Of a DNA stretch of 64,000 nt, positions 1-12,575 are shown piece by piece (the first letter of the stretch is position 1; each line of letters starts with the position of its first letter). The stretch comes from Escherichia coli (GTDB lineage: Bacteria > Pseudomonadota > Gammaproteobacteria > Enterobacterales > Enterobacteriaceae). Location: NCBI RefSeq assembly GCF_044324785.1, contig NZ_CP172127.1. One strand, given 5' to 3'. The translations under genes were made by a program, and so were the position numbers. The notes below the pieces were generated by a model. It did not search any database. It saw only the letters and a list, made by a program, of their open reading frames with translations, and was not told where the DNA came from.

Positions 1-78
1 GTGCTGGTGTGTGGTTCGTTCCACACGGTCGCACATGTCATGGAAGTGATTGACGCGAGGAGAAGCGGTGGCAAGTAA
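1..78 (+). CDS. folC: 3' end of folylpolyglutamate synthase gene (partial, enters from upstream of window)
   Basis: Frame 1 reads ...VLVCGSFHTVAHVMEVIDARRSGGK followed by TAA at 76-78; no start in window; lies directly upstream of and overlaps the dedD start, as in the folC-dedD arrangement. Confidence 0.55.
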   Translation: MLVCGSFHTVAHVMEVIDARRSGGK

Positions 79-730
79 GTTTCAGAATCGGTTAGTGGGC
101 ACGATCGTGCTGGTGGCGCTGGGGGTGATTGTACTTCCAGGGCTGCTGGATGGGCAGAAAAAACATTATCAGGATGAGTTCGCGGCTATCCCGCTGGTGC
201 CAAAAGCGGGCGATCGCGATGAACCTGATATGATGCCAGCCGCCACCCAGGCGTTGCCGACGCAGCCGCCGGAAGGCGCAGCGGAAGAGGTGCGGGCAGG
301 TGATGCCGCAGCACCGTCGCTCGATCCGGCCACTATTGCAGCCAATAACACCGAGTTTGAACCGGAACCTGCACCGGTCGCCCCACCGAAGCCGAAACCG
401 GTGGAGCCGCCTAAACCAAAGGTTGAAGCACCACCTGCGCCGAAGCCAGAACCGAAGCCGGTCGTGGAAGAAAAAGCTGCACCGACGGGTAAAGCCTATG
501 TTGTGCAACTGGGTGCGCTGAAAAATGCCGATAAAGTGAATGAGATTGTCGGTAAGCTGCGCGGTGCCGGTTATCGGGTTTATACGTCGCCATCCACGCC
601 AGTGCAGGGTAAAATTACCCGTATTCTGGTTGGGCCGGATGCCTCGAAAGATAAGCTGAAAGGTTCGCTGGGTGAGTTGAAGCAACTTTCTGGCTTAAGT
701 GGCGTGGTAATGGGCTATACGCCGAATTAA
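68..730 (+). CDS. dedD: cell division protein DedD (SPOR domain, N-terminal membrane anchor)
   Basis: GTG start at 68 in frame with track ORF 50..730; 220 aa; N-terminal hydrophobic anchor LVGTIVLVALGVIVLPGLL, Pro/Lys/Glu-rich linker, C-terminal SPOR-like segment. Confidence 0.9.
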   Translation: MASKFQNRLVGTIVLVALGVIVLPGLLDGQKKHYQDEFAAIPLVPKAGDRDEPDMMPAATQALPTQPPEGAAEEVRAGDAAAPSLDPATIAANNTEFEPEPAPVAPPKPKPVEPPKPKVEAPPAPKPEPKPVVEEKAAPTGKAYVVQLGALKNADKVNEIVGKLRGAGYRVYTSPSTPVQGKITRILVGPDASKDKLKGSLGELKQLSGLSGVVMGYTPN

Positions 731-739
731 TACGGTCTT

Positions 740-830
740 GCCTGATGCGACGCTGGCGCGTCTTATCAGGCCTGCGCAGGGGTAGAGCCGTAGGTCGGAT
801 AAGGCGTTCATGCCGCATCCGACACGCATT
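740..830. repeat. REP/BIME-type palindromic unit cluster in the dedD-cvpA intergenic region
   Basis: GCCTGATGCGACGCTGGCGCGTCTTATCAGGCC and GTAGGTCGGATAAGGCGTTCATGCCGCATCCGACAC are imperfect palindromes of the classic REP form; coordinates approximate. Confidence 0.7.
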
Positions 831-916
831 GCCCGATGCCGCAAAGGCATAAAAAGTCGATGGCGTTGAATATTTTTTCAGCGCCATTTTTATTGATGCG
901 CGGGAAGGAAATCCCT

Positions 917-932
917 ACGCAAACGTTTTCTT
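917..932. promoter_or_regulatory. PurR operator (pur box) in the cvpA-purF promoter region
   Basis: ACGCAAACGTTTTCTT closely matches the PurR box consensus ACGCAAACGTTTGCGT; TAGAAT -10-like hexamer follows at 940-945. Confidence 0.65.
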
Positions 933-988
933 TTTCTGTTAGAATGCGCCCCGAACAGGATGACAGGGCGTAAAATCGTGGGACACAT

Positions 989-1477
989 ATGGTCTGGATT
1001 GATTACGCCATAATCGCGGTGATTGCTTTTTCCTCTCTGGTTAGCCTGATCCGCGGCTTTGTTCGTGAAGCGTTATCACTGGTGACATGGGGTTGTGCTT
1101 TCTTTGTTGCCAGTCATTACTACACTTACCTGTCAGTCTGGTTTACGGGCTTTGAAGACGAACTGGTTCGAAATGGGATTGCCATCGCGGTACTGTTTAT
1201 CGCTACCCTGATCGTTGGTGCTATCGTGAACTTCGTGATAGGCCAGCTGGTGGAGAAAACGGGGTTGTCAGGCACCGATCGGGTGCTGGGCGTCTGTTTC
1301 GGTGCGTTGCGCGGTGTGTTGATTGTTGCTGCCATTCTCTTCTTTCTCGACTCCTTTACCGGGGTGTCGAAAAGCGAAGACTGGAGCAAATCACAGCTGA
1401 TCCCGCAGTTCAGTTTTATCATCAGATGGTTTTTTGATTATCTGCAAAGCTCGTCAAGTTTCTTGCCCAGAGCGTAA
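989..1477 (+). CDS. cvpA: colicin V production / inner membrane protein CvpA
   Basis: 162 aa polytopic membrane protein starting MVWIDYAIIAVIAFSSLVSLIRGF; immediately upstream of purF as in the cvpA-purF-ubiX operon. Confidence 0.92.
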   Translation: MVWIDYAIIAVIAFSSLVSLIRGFVREALSLVTWGCAFFVASHYYTYLSVWFTGFEDELVRNGIAIAVLFIATLIVGAIVNFVIGQLVEKTGLSGTDRVLGVCFGALRGVLIVAAILFFLDSFTGVSKSEDWSKSQLIPQFSFIIRWFFDYLQSSSSFLPRA

Positions 1478-1513
1478 GTGCTCTGAGATGTGGCTTAACG
1501 AGGAAAAAGACGT

Positions 1514-3031
1514 ATGTGCGGTATTGTCGGTATCGCCGGTGTTATGCCGGTTAACCAGTCGATTTATGATGCCTTAACGGTGCTTCAGCATCGCGGTCAG
1601 GATGCCGCCGGCATCATCACCATAGATGCCAATAACTGCTTCCGTTTGCGTAAAGCGAACGGGCTGGTGAGCGATGTATTTGAAGCTCGCCATATGCAGC
1701 GTTTGCAGGGCAATATGGGCATTGGTCATGTGCGTTACCCTACGGCTGGCAGCTCCAGCGCCTCTGAAGCGCAGCCGTTTTACGTTAACTCTCCGTATGG
1801 CATTACGCTTGCCCACAACGGCAATCTGACCAACGCTCACGAGTTGCGTAAAAAACTGTTTGAAGAAAAACGCCGCCACATCAACACCACTTCCGACTCG
1901 GAAATTCTGCTTAATATCTTCGCCAGCGAGCTGGACAACTTCCGCCACTACCCGCTGGAAGCCGACAACATTTTCGCCGCCATCGCTGCTACAAACCGCT
2001 TAATCCGCGGCGCGTATGCCTGTGTGGCGATGATTATCGGCCACGGTATGGTTGCTTTCCGCGATCCAAACGGGATTCGTCCGCTGGTACTGGGAAAACG
2101 TGATATTGACGAGAACCGCACAGAATATATGGTCGCTTCCGAAAGCGTAGCGCTCGATACGCTGGGCTTTGATTTCCTGCGTGACGTCGCGCCGGGCGAA
2201 GCGATTTACATCACTGAAGAAGGGCAGTTGTTTACCCGTCAATGTGCTGACAATCCGGTCAGCAATCCGTGCCTGTTTGAGTATGTATACTTTGCCCGCC
2301 CGGACTCGTTCATCGACAAAATTTCCGTTTACAGCGCCCGCGTGAATATGGGCACGAAACTGGGCGAGAAAATTGCCCGCGAATGGGAAGATCTGGATAT
2401 CGACGTGGTGATTCCGATCCCGGAAACCTCTTGTGATATCGCGCTGGAAATCGCGCGTATTCTGGGCAAGCCGTACCGCCAGGGCTTCGTTAAAAACCGC
2501 TATGTTGGCCGCACCTTCATCATGCCGGGTCAGCAGCTGCGTCGTAAGTCCGTGCGCCGTAAACTGAATGCCAACCGCGCCGAGTTCCGCGATAAAAACG
2601 TCCTGCTGGTCGACGACTCCATCGTCCGTGGCACCACTTCCGAGCAGATTATCGAGATGGCACGTGAAGCCGGAGCGAAAAAAGTGTACCTCGCTTCTGC
2701 GGCACCGGAAATTCGCTTCCCGAACGTTTACGGTATTGATATGCCGAGCGCTACGGAGCTTATCGCTCACGGGCGTGAAGTAGATGAAATTCGCCAGATC
2801 ATCGGTGCTGACGGGTTGATTTTCCAGGATCTGAACGATCTGATCGAAGCCGTTCGCGCTGAAAACCCGGATATCCAGCAGTTTGAATGCTCGGTGTTCA
2901 ACGGCGTCTACGTCACCAAAGATGTTGATCAGGGCTACCTCGATTTCCTTGATACTTTACGTAATGACGACGCCAAAGCCGTGCAACGTCAGAACGAAGT
3001 GGAAAATCTCGAAATGCATAACGAAGGATGA
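1514..3031 (+). CDS. purF: amidophosphoribosyltransferase
   Basis: 505 aa; N-terminus MCGIVGI (Ntn glutamine amidotransferase catalytic Cys after Met); PRTase motif [13 protein letters not shown]. Confidence 0.97.
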   Translation: MCGIVGIAGVMPVNQSIYDALTVLQHRGQDAAGIITIDANNCFRLRKANGLVSDVFEARHMQRLQGNMGIGHVRYPTAGSSSASEAQPFYVNSPYGITLAHNGNLTNAHELRKKLFEEKRRHINTTSDSEILLNIFASELDNFRHYPLEADNIFAAIAATNRLIRGAYACVAMIIGHGMVAFRDPNGIRPLVLGKRDIDENRTEYMVASESVALDTLGFDFLRDVAPGEAIYITEEGQLFTRQCADNPVSNPCLFEYVYFARPDSFIDKISVYSARVNMGTKLGEKIAREWEDLDIDVVIPIPETSCDIALEIARILGKPYRQGFVKNRYVGRTFIMPGQQLRRKSVRRKLNANRAEFRDKNVLLVDDSIVRGTTSEQIIEMAREAGAKKVYLASAAPEIRFPNVYGIDMPSATELIAHGREVDEIRQIIGADGLIFQDLNDLIEAVRAENPDIQQFECSVFNGVYVTKDVDQGYLDFLDTLRNDDAKAVQRQNEVENLEMHNEG

Positions 3032-3125
3032 TGCCTTCGCTCAGGGTGCCGGTCTGGCACCCTGACTTGCAACTCCCGCCGAAATCCTGCAAAGTCTGCC
3101 TGCAAGTCTGACAGGGCAACTATTT

Positions 3126-3695
3126 ATGAAACGACTCATTGTAGGCATCAGCGGTGCCAGTGGCGCGATTTATGGCGTGCGTTTATTACAGGTTCTGCGC
3201 GATGTCACAGATATCGAAACGCATCTGGTAATGAGCCAGGCGGCGCGCCAGACCTTATCTCTTGAAACGGATTTTTCCCTGCGCGAAGTGCAGGCATTAG
3301 CCGATGTGACGCACGATGCGCGCGATATTGCTGCCAGCATTTCTTCCGGTTCTTTCCAGACACTGGGGATGGTGATTTTACCCTGTTCAATCAAAACCCT
3401 GTCCGGCATTGTCCATAGCTATACTGATGGCTTACTGACCCGTGCGGCAGATGTGGTGCTGAAAGAGCGTCGCCCGCTGGTGCTCTGCGTGCGTGAAACA
3501 CCATTGCACTTAGGCCATCTGCGTTTAATGACCCAGGCGGCAGAAATCGGTGCGGTGATTATGCCTCCCGTTCCGGCGTTTTATCATCGCCCGCAATCCC
3601 TTGATGATGTGATAAATCAGACGGTTAACCGTGTACTCGATCAATTCGCCATAACGCTTCCTGAAGATCTCTTTGCCCGCTGGCAGGGCGCATAA
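3126..3695 (+). CDS. ubiX: flavin prenyltransferase UbiX
   Basis: 189 aa; N-terminus MKRLIVGISGASGAIYGVRLLQVL typical of the UbiX/Pad1 flavoprotein family. Confidence 0.93.
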   Translation: MKRLIVGISGASGAIYGVRLLQVLRDVTDIETHLVMSQAARQTLSLETDFSLREVQALADVTHDARDIAASISSGSFQTLGMVILPCSIKTLSGIVHSYTDGLLTRAADVVLKERRPLVLCVRETPLHLGHLRLMTQAAEIGAVIMPPVPAFYHRPQSLDDVINQTVNRVLDQFAITLPEDLFARWQGA

Positions 3696-3703
3696 CCTCA
3701 TTG

Positions 3704-3726
3704 TTGCCCTGTTTCAGGGCAATTTT
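3704..3726 (+). terminator. intrinsic terminator downstream of ubiX (end of the cvpA-purF-ubiX unit)
   Basis: TTGCCCTG-TTT-CAGGGCAA perfect 8-bp stem followed by TTTT. Confidence 0.7.
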
Positions 3727-3876
3727 GCAACCGCGATCAAATCCTCGACATTTTGTTCCTTTCGATGAATCGAAACGCTGCGATTCAACCGCCATACCTG
3801 CTATCTTCAACTTCAGGACAATAATGCAACGTCTTATTAACATATTTAACGTTGAATGTTACTGTTGTCGTAAAGA

Positions 3877-3893
3877 TGGCATAAGACCTGCAT
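3877..3893 (+). promoter_or_regulatory. sigma-54 (-24/-12) type promoter upstream of argT
   Basis: TGGCATAAGACCTGCAT has GG and GC elements spaced as in the TGGCAC-N5-TTGCA consensus, about 70 nt upstream of the argT start; consistent with nitrogen control of argT. Confidence 0.5.
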
Positions 3894-3960
3894 GAAAGAG
3901 CCTGCAAACACACAACACAATACACAACATAAAAAAGCCATTTTCACTTGAGGGTTATGT

Positions 3961-4743
3961 ATGAAGAAGTCGATTCTCGCTCTGTCTTTGTTAGTCGGTC
4001 TCTCCGCAGCGGCTTCCAGCTATGCGGCGCTACCGGAGACGGTACGTATCGGAACCGATACCACCTATGCGCCGTTCTCATCGAAAGATGCCAAAGGTGA
4101 CTTTGTTGGTTTTGATATCGATCTCGGTAACGAGATGTGCAAACGGATGCAGGTGAAATGTACCTGGGTTGCCAGTGACTTTGACGCGCTGATCCCCTCA
4201 CTGAAAGCGAAAAAAATCGACGCCATTATTTCGTCGCTCTCCATTACCGATAAACGTCAGCAGGAGATTGCTTTCTCCGACAAGTTGTACGCCGCAGATT
4301 CTCGTTTGATTGCCGCCAAAGGTTCACCGATTCAGCCAACGCTGGATTCACTGAAAGGTAAACATGTTGGTGTGCTGCAGGGATCAACCCAGGAAGCATA
4401 CGCTAACGAGACCTGGCGTAGCAAAGGCGTGGATGTGGTGGCCTATGCCAACCAGGATTTGGTTTATTCCGATCTGGCTGCAGGACGTCTGGATGCTGCG
4501 TTACAAGATGAAGTTGCTGCCAGTGAAGGATTCCTCAAGCAACCTGCTGGTAAAGATTTCGCCTTTGCTGGCTCATCAGTGAAAGACAAAAAATACTTCG
4601 GTGACGGCACCGGTGTAGGGCTACGTAAAGATGATGCTGAACTGACGGCGGCGTTTAATAAGGCGCTTGGCGAGCTGCGTCAGGACGGTACCTACGACAA
4701 GATGGCGAAAAAGTATTTCGACTTTAATGTCTACGGTGACTGA
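3961..4743 (+). CDS. argT: lysine/arginine/ornithine-binding periplasmic protein
   Basis: 260 aa with signal peptide [22 protein letters not shown]; paralogous to the adjacent hisJ product; type 2 periplasmic binding protein fold. Confidence 0.93.
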   Translation: MKKSILALSLLVGLSAAASSYAALPETVRIGTDTTYAPFSSKDAKGDFVGFDIDLGNEMCKRMQVKCTWVASDFDALIPSLKAKKIDAIISSLSITDKRQQEIAFSDKLYAADSRLIAAKGSPIQPTLDSLKGKHVGVLQGSTQEAYANETWRSKGVDVVAYANQDLVYSDLAAGRLDAALQDEVAASEGFLKQPAGKDFAFAGSSVKDKKYFGDGTGVGLRKDDAELTAAFNKALGELRQDGTYDKMAKKYFDFNVYGD

Positions 4744-4963
4744 TACGTCGCAGGGAAACTGTACCTGATGGAATGATCATCATGGTGCACGCCAGGTTTG
4801 TTGCACTATCGTGGTGCATTGAAATGCATACTTAAGCATTTTTAATGAAAAATAATACGTCTAACGGGGCGGGATATTTTGCCTTGATGGTCAATTTTAT
4901 GGCACGATAAGTGTAACAAACCTGTAAATATTCCCTATAAAAAGACCGTCAGTTGAGGACATT

Positions 4964-5746
4964 ATGAAAAAACTGGTGCTATCGCTCTCTCTGGTTCTGG
5001 CCTTCTCCAGCGCAACTGCGGCGTTTGCTGCGATTCCGCAAAACATCCGCATCGGTACCGATCCGACCTATGCGCCATTTGAATCAAAAAATTCACAAGG
5101 CGAACTGGTTGGCTTCGATATCGATCTGGCAAAGGAGTTGTGCAAACGCATCAATACGCAATGTACGTTTGTCGAAAACCCACTGGATGCGTTAATCCCA
5201 TCCTTAAAAGCGAAGAAGATTGACGCCATCATGTCATCGCTTTCCATTACGGAAAAACGTCAGCAAGAAATAGCCTTCACCGACAAACTGTACGCTGCCG
5301 ATTCTCGTCTGGTGGTGGCGAAAAATTCCGACATTCAGCCGACAGTCGAGTCGCTGAAAGGCAAGCGGGTAGGCGTATTGCAGGGCACCACCCAGGAGAC
5401 GTTCGGTAACGAACATTGGGCACCAAAAGGCATTGAAATCGTTTCTTATCAGGGGCAGGACAACATTTATTCTGACCTGACTGCCGGACGTATTGATGCC
5501 GCGTTCCAGGATGAGGTCGCTGCCAGCGAAGGTTTCCTCAAGCAGCCAGTCGGTAAAGATTACAAATTCGGTGGCCCGTCTGTTAAAGATGAAAAACTGT
5601 TTGGCGTAGGGATCGGCATGGGCCTGCGTAAAGAAGATAACGAACTGCGCGAGGCTCTGAACAAAGCCTTTGCCGAAATGCGCGCTGACGGTACTTACGA
5701 GAAATTAGCGAAAAAGTACTTCGATTTTGATGTTTATGGTGGTTAA
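4964..5746 (+). CDS. hisJ: histidine-binding periplasmic protein
   Basis: 260 aa with signal peptide [22 protein letters not shown]; followed by hisQMP permease and ATPase genes. Confidence 0.95.
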   Translation: MKKLVLSLSLVLAFSSATAAFAAIPQNIRIGTDPTYAPFESKNSQGELVGFDIDLAKELCKRINTQCTFVENPLDALIPSLKAKKIDAIMSSLSITEKRQQEIAFTDKLYAADSRLVVAKNSDIQPTVESLKGKRVGVLQGTTQETFGNEHWAPKGIEIVSYQGQDNIYSDLTAGRIDAAFQDEVAASEGFLKQPVGKDYKFGGPSVKDEKLFGVGIGMGLRKEDNELREALNKAFAEMRADGTYEKLAKKYFDFDVYGG

Positions 5747-5835
5747 TCGCCATCGGTGAAAGAAAGCCCGCTCCCTTTGGGTAACCGGAGGGAGACAAGA
5801 GGCGGTAATTCACCACACACGACAGGACAGGCTGC

Positions 5836-6522
5836 ATGTTGTATGGGTTTTCAGGTGTTATTTTACAGGGTGCGCTCGTCACGCTGGAGCTGGCTATCAG
5901 CTCTGTAGTGCTCGCTGTAATCATCGGTTTAATTGGCGCTGGCGGTAAGCTCTCGCAAAATCGGCTTTCGGGCCTTATTTTCGAAGGCTACACCACGCTG
6001 ATTCGAGGCGTGCCGGACTTGGTGTTGATGCTGCTAATTTTCTACGGTTTGCAGATTGCACTAAACACGGTGACGGAGGCGATGGGCGTCGGGCAGATTG
6101 ATATCGATCCGATGGTCGCTGGTATTATTACTCTCGGTTTTATCTACGGTGCTTATTTTACCGAAACGTTCCGTGGTGCTTTTATGGCAGTGCCGAAAGG
6201 ACATATAGAGGCGGCGACGGCGTTCGGTTTCACTCGTGGGCAAGTGTTTCGGCGGATCATGTTTCCGGCGATGATGCGTTACGCCCTGCCAGGCATTGGC
6301 AACAACTGGCAGGTGATCCTCAAATCTACCGCACTCGTTTCGTTACTCGGCCTGGAAGATGTGGTCAAAGCCACCCAACTGGCAGGCAAAAGTACCTGGG
6401 AACCGTTCTATTTCGCCATCGTCTGTGGCGTGATTTACCTGGTTTTCACCACTGTTTCCAATGGTGTGCTGCTGTTCCTTGAGCGCCGCTACTCCGTGGG
6501 TGTGAAGAGGGCTGACCTGTGA
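5836..6522 (+). CDS. hisQ: histidine ABC transporter permease
   Basis: 228 aa polytopic membrane protein; overlaps hisM start by 4 nt. Confidence 0.93.
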   Translation: MLYGFSGVILQGALVTLELAISSVVLAVIIGLIGAGGKLSQNRLSGLIFEGYTTLIRGVPDLVLMLLIFYGLQIALNTVTEAMGVGQIDIDPMVAGIITLGFIYGAYFTETFRGAFMAVPKGHIEAATAFGFTRGQVFRRIMFPAMMRYALPGIGNNWQVILKSTALVSLLGLEDVVKATQLAGKSTWEPFYFAIVCGVIYLVFTTVSNGVLLFLERRYSVGVKRADL

Positions 6523-7235
6523 TCGAAATCTTACATGAATACTGGAAACCGTTGTTGTGGACCGACGGTTATCGCTTTACTGGCGTGGCGATCACTCTGT
6601 GGCTGCTTATTTTGTCGGTAGTGATAGGCGGAGTCCTGGCGCTGTTTCTGGCGATTGGTCGTGTCTCCAGTAATAAATACATCCAGTTTCCAATCTGGTT
6701 ATTTACCTATATTTTTCGCGGTACGCCGCTGTATGTTCAGTTGCTGGTGTTCTATTCCGGCATGTATACGCTGGAGATTGTTAAGGGGACCGAGTTCCTT
6801 AACGCCTTTTTTCGCAGTGGCCTGAACTGTACCGTGCTGGCGCTGACGCTTAACACCTGCGCTTACACTACCGAGATTTTTGCCGGGGCAATCCGTTCAG
6901 TGCCGCATGGGGAAATTGAAGCCGCCAGAGCCTATGGCTTCTCGACCTTTAAAATGTATCGCTGCATTATTTTGCCATCGGCGCTGCGTATTGCGTTACC
7001 GGCCTACAGCAACGAAGTGATCCTGATGCTGCACTCTACTGCGCTGGCATTTACTGCCACGGTGCCGGATCTGCTGAAAATAGCCCGCGATATTAACGCC
7101 GCCACGTATCAACCTTTTACCGCCTTCGGCATTGCCGCGGTGCTCTATTTAATCATCTCTTATGTCCTGATCAGCCTCTTTCGCGGAGCGGAAAAACGCT
7201 GGTTGCAGCATGTGAAACCTTCTTCAACGCACTGA
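6519..7235 (+). CDS. hisM: histidine ABC transporter permease
   Basis: 238 aa polytopic membrane protein; start overlaps hisQ stop. Confidence 0.93.
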   Translation: MIEILHEYWKPLLWTDGYRFTGVAITLWLLILSVVIGGVLALFLAIGRVSSNKYIQFPIWLFTYIFRGTPLYVQLLVFYSGMYTLEIVKGTEFLNAFFRSGLNCTVLALTLNTCAYTTEIFAGAIRSVPHGEIEAARAYGFSTFKMYRCIILPSALRIALPAYSNEVILMLHSTALAFTATVPDLLKIARDINAATYQPFTAFGIAAVLYLIISYVLISLFRGAEKRWLQHVKPSSTH

Positions 7236-7242
7236 GAATACG

Positions 7243-8016
7243 ATGTCCGAGAATAAATTAAACGTTATCGATTTGCACAAACGCTATGGCGAACACGAAG
7301 TGCTGAAAGGGGTGTCACTGCAAGCGAATGCCGGAGATGTAATAAGCATCATCGGATCGTCGGGATCGGGGAAAAGTACCTTTCTGCGCTGCATTAACTT
7401 CCTCGAAAAACCGAGCGAAGGATCGATCGTGGTCAATGGCCAGACGATCAATCTGGTGCGCGACAAAGACGGTCAACTCAAAGTCGCCGATAAAAATCAG
7501 CTGCGCTTACTGCGCACACGCCTGACGATGGTATTCCAGCACTTCAATCTCTGGAGCCATATGACGGTGCTGGAAAACGTCATGGAAGCGCCGATTCAGG
7601 TGTTGGGCCTGAGCAAGCAGGAAGCGCGCGAGCGGGCGATGAAGTATCTGGCGAAAGTCGGGATTGACGAACGTGCGCAGGGTAAATATCCGGTGCATCT
7701 TTCCGGCGGTCAACAACAGCGTGTTTCTATCGCGCGGGCGCTGGCGATGGAACCGGAAGTTTTACTGTTTGATGAACCTACCTCGGCGCTCGATCCTGAA
7801 CTGGTAGGCGAAGTGTTGCGCATTATGCAGCAACTGGCAGAAGAGGGGAAAACCATGGTGGTAGTGACTCACGAAATGGGCTTTGCTCGTCATGTTTCTA
7901 CTCACGTCATTTTCCTCCATCAGGGGAAAATAGAGGAAGAAGGCGCGCCGGAGCAGTTATTTGGCAACCCGCAAAGCCCTCGTCTGCAACAGTTCCTTAA
8001 AGGTTCGCTGAAATAA
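7243..8016 (+). CDS. hisP: histidine ABC transporter ATP-binding protein
   Basis: 257 aa; Walker [13 protein letters not shown] signature LSGGQQQRV, Walker [12 protein letters not shown]. Confidence 0.96.
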   Translation: MSENKLNVIDLHKRYGEHEVLKGVSLQANAGDVISIIGSSGSGKSTFLRCINFLEKPSEGSIVVNGQTINLVRDKDGQLKVADKNQLRLLRTRLTMVFQHFNLWSHMTVLENVMEAPIQVLGLSKQEARERAMKYLAKVGIDERAQGKYPVHLSGGQQQRVSIARALAMEPEVLLFDEPTSALDPELVGEVLRIMQQLAEEGKTMVVVTHEMGFARHVSTHVIFLHQGKIEEEGAPEQLFGNPQSPRLQQFLKGSLK

Positions 8017-8022
8017 TTGCCT

Positions 8023-8052
8023 CTCCGGTGGCTAACGCTGCCGGAGTATTTT
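8023..8052 (+). terminator. intrinsic terminator of the hisJQMP operon
   Basis: CTCCGG...CCGGAG stem-loop directly after the hisP stop, followed by TATTTT. Confidence 0.65.
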
Positions 8053-8212
8053 CAAGGGGAATTTGCGAGTCCGCTTCCGCTGAAATGTAAAAGTTGCAGT
8101 CCGCTAAAAATACTTCTGAATTCGCTGTCCAAAGATAAAAACTGCCTGCTGCATTGGGTGTTAATCGTGGTTATTGTCGCGTCATCTTAAATTTGAGGGG
8201 TGACGGAACGCC

Positions 8213-9103
8213 ATGACAATATCGACAACTTCCACGCCGCATGATGCGGTATTTAAATCTTTTTTACGCCATCCAGACACCGCGCGGGATTTTATTGATA
8301 TTCATCTTCCTGCGCCGCTGCGCAAACTGTGTGATTTAACAACGCTTAAACTGGAACCAAACAGTTTTATTGATGAAGACCTGCGGCAATATTATTCCGA
8401 CCTCTTGTGGTCTGTGAAAACGCAGGAGGGAGCGGGTTATATTTATGTAGTGATAGAGCACCAAAGTAAGCCGGAAGAATTAATGGCTTTTCGCATGATG
8501 CGCTATTCCATTGCGGCGATGCAAAACCATCTTGATGCAGGCTATAAAGAGCTTCCATTGGTGATCCCGATGCTGTTTTATCATGGTTGCAGAAGTCCTT
8601 ATCCTTATTCACTCTGCTGGCTTGATGAATTTGCCGAGCCTGCGATTGCCCGCAAAATTTATTCATCGGCTTTTCCGCTGGTGGATATTACCGTGGTGCC
8701 GGATGACGAGATTATGCAACATCGCAAAATGGCGCTGTTGGAGTTAATTCAGAAACATATTCGTCAGCGCGATCTGCTGGGATTAGTCGACCAAATTGTT
8801 TCGCTGCTAGTTACAGGGAACACTAATGACAGACAGCTAAAAGCCCTGTTTAATTACGTATTACAAACGGGGGATGCCCAGCGTTTCCGTGCATTTATTG
8901 GTGAGATAGCGGAACGCGCACCACAAGAAAAGGAGAAACTGATGACCATTGCTGACAGATTACGTGAAGAAGGCGCAATGCAGGGCAAACACGAAGAAGC
9001 CCTGCGTATTGCTCAGGAGATGCTGGAGAGAGGTTTAGACAGAGAGTTAGTTATGATGGTGACCCGACTTTCACCAGACGATCTTATCGCGCAAAGCCAC
9101 TAA
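8213..9103 (+). CDS. rpnB: recombination-promoting nuclease RpnB (YhgA-like, transposase_31 / PD-(D/E)XK family)
   Basis: 296 aa starting [33 protein letters not shown]; characteristic Rpn/YhgA N-terminal region; sits between hisP and yfcH as yfcI does. Confidence 0.85.
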   Translation: MTISTTSTPHDAVFKSFLRHPDTARDFIDIHLPAPLRKLCDLTTLKLEPNSFIDEDLRQYYSDLLWSVKTQEGAGYIYVVIEHQSKPEELMAFRMMRYSIAAMQNHLDAGYKELPLVIPMLFYHGCRSPYPYSLCWLDEFAEPAIARKIYSSAFPLVDITVVPDDEIMQHRKMALLELIQKHIRQRDLLGLVDQIVSLLVTGNTNDRQLKALFNYVLQTGDAQRFRAFIGEIAERAPQEKEKLMTIADRLREEGAMQGKHEEALRIAQEMLERGLDRELVMMVTRLSPDDLIAQSH

Positions 9104-9150
9104 TTCTGTAACACCAGGAGTTAACTGGCGGATGTTTGCAGTAAACCACA

Positions 9151-10044
9151 TCAGCGAACAACATCCGCCAGCGCCTCTTCTAAATCGTACCAGCGAAACG
9201 CAAAACCCGCTTCTTCCAGCCGTTTAGGCAATGCTCGTTGTCCACCTAATACTAGTACTGAAGATTCGCCCATTAACAGTCGAATGGCGGTCACAGGGAC
9301 GCGCAAAATGGCCGGGCGATGCAGCGCATGACCGAGCGCATGGGCAAATTGTTCATTGCGTACCGGGTAGGGCGAAACCATATTAAATGGTCCACGCAGC
9401 TCGTTATCCAGCAGCCAGAGAATGCCGTTGACCATATCATCAATATGAATCCAGGCCAGATACTGCCGACCGGAGCCAATCGGCCCGCCCAGACCAAGAC
9501 GAAACGGCGGCAGCATTTTACTGAGAATACCGCCATCCGGTGCCAGCACTACGCCGGTACGCAGCAGGCACACTCGCGTTTTGTCACTTTGCGCCCGGCA
9601 GGCAATCTCTTCCCAGCGGGCGCAGAGTTTATGAGTAAATTCGTTATGCGGCGGTTCCTCTTCGGTAACCACCACTTCACCTAAGTCGCCATAATAGCCC
9701 GTTGCCGAGCCGGAAATGAGTACCGACGGTGGCGTGTCGCTGTCATTAATCAAATCCACCAGTTTTTGCGTGATATCCCAGCGGCTTTGGCAGAGACGCT
9801 CTTTTTGCTCGTGAGTCCAGCGTTTATCAGCAATCGGTTCTCCGGCCAGGTTGATTACCGCATCAACGCCGTTGAGGTTGCTTTGATCGGCAAGCCCTTG
9901 CCATAGTGTCACCCGAGGGCCGAGAACGGAACTGGCTTTCTGCGGGTTACGCGTCACTACCGTGATTTGGTGGCCCAGAGCCAGCAAACGCGGAATCAAA
10001 TGGCGACCAATTAATCCCGTCCCTCCGGTGATCACTATCTTCAT
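9151..10044 (-). CDS. yfcH: epimerase family protein YfcH (SDR-like, NAD-binding)
   Basis: 297 aa; N-terminal Rossmann motif [16 protein letters not shown]. Confidence 0.88.
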   Translation of the reverse strand: MKIVITGGTGLIGRHLIPRLLALGHQITVVTRNPQKASSVLGPRVTLWQGLADQSNLNGVDAVINLAGEPIADKRWTHEQKERLCQSRWDITQKLVDLINDSDTPPSVLISGSATGYYGDLGEVVVTEEEPPHNEFTHKLCARWEEIACRAQSDKTRVCLLRTGVVLAPDGGILSKMLPPFRLGLGGPIGSGRQYLAWIHIDDMVNGILWLLDNELRGPFNMVSPYPVRNEQFAHALGHALHRPAILRVPVTAIRLLMGESSVLVLGGQRALPKRLEEAGFAFRWYDLEEALADVVR

Positions 10045-10064
10045 GCAGCCTCCCGATATGGCGG

Positions 10065-10427
10065 TTAACGCTGCCAGCTTAAGGTCATGGATACCGAATC
10101 GGCGTAGCGCAGCGCGTGCAGTTTATCGATCTCCACTTCAGCATACGTCACCCAGTGATGTTCACGTGCGATATCGAGCACATCCTGAGTTAATTTTTCC
10201 AGTAAAGAGAAACGGTTATTCTCTACATGCTGAATAATGTTTTTCGTTACAGTGCGATAATTCAGCGCATCGTTGATATCTTCGCTGGTGCGCGCTTTAT
10301 CGGCGGGATAGTGGATAGTCACATTGATAACAATATCCTGACGGTTGTTAATTTCTTCTTCCTTAATTCCGATAAACGTACGTAAACGAAGGTTCTTTAT
10401 ACGAATAATAGCGGCAGGTTGTGCCAT
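10065..10427 (-). CDS. folX: dihydroneopterin triphosphate 2'-epimerase
   Basis: 120 aa starting [25 protein letters not shown]; FolB/FolX fold family. Confidence 0.9.
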
Positions 10428-10483
10428 TGCAGGTTCTCCGTTGTTTTACTTAGGATGAAATAATACACGAGAACCTGTTTCTG

Positions 10484-11960
<1,477 letters not shown>

Positions 11961-11963
11961 TGA

Positions 11964-12518
11964 GTGATGAAACTGATGTTTGCATCGGACATTCATGGGT
12001 CGTTACCGGCGACGGAACGTGTTCTGGAGTTGTTTGCCCAAAGCGGTGCCCAATGGCTGGTGATCCTTGGCGACGTGTTGAATCACGGCCCGCGTAATGC
12101 TTTACCGGAGGGTTACGCGCCAGCCAAAGTCGCTGAACGGCTTAATGAAGTGGCACATAAGGTTATCGCTGTGCGCGGCAACTGCGACAGCGAAGTGGAT
12201 CAAATGCTTTTGCATTTCCCGATAACCGCGCCGTGGCAACAGGTATTACTGGAAAAACAACGTCTGTTTTTGACGCATGGTCATCTTTTTGGCCCGGAAA
12301 ATCTGCCTGCTTTAAACCAGAACGATGTGCTGGTTTACGGTCATACCCATCTGCCTGTGGCAGAACAGCGGGGGGAGATTTTCCACTTTAACCCCGGCTC
12401 GGTGAGTATTCCGAAAGGCGGTAATCCGGCGAGTTATGGCATGCTGGATAATGACGTACTTAGTGTAATCGCACTCAATGATCAAAGTATCATTGCGCAG
12501 GTCGCGATTAATCCGTAA
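11964..12518 (+). CDS. yfcE: metallophosphoesterase / phosphodiesterase YfcE
   Basis: 184 aa starting MMKLMFASDIHGSL; calcineurin-like motifs GDVLNHGPRN and GNCD. Confidence 0.9.
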   Translation: MMKLMFASDIHGSLPATERVLELFAQSGAQWLVILGDVLNHGPRNALPEGYAPAKVAERLNEVAHKVIAVRGNCDSEVDQMLLHFPITAPWQQVLLEKQRLFLTHGHLFGPENLPALNQNDVLVYGHTHLPVAEQRGEIFHFNPGSVSIPKGGNPASYGMLDNDVLSVIALNDQSIIAQVAINP

Positions 12519-12575
12519 TTTACCCACAACTCAAAATGCGCCGTAAGAGCGCCAGAAAAAGAAGGTTTCCTGATA

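Noticed and set aside
5771-5794. Possible stem-loop in the hisJ-hisQ intergenic region
   Set aside because: Only a 5-6 bp stem with a long loop; could be a degenerate REP-like element but the structure is too weak to annotate
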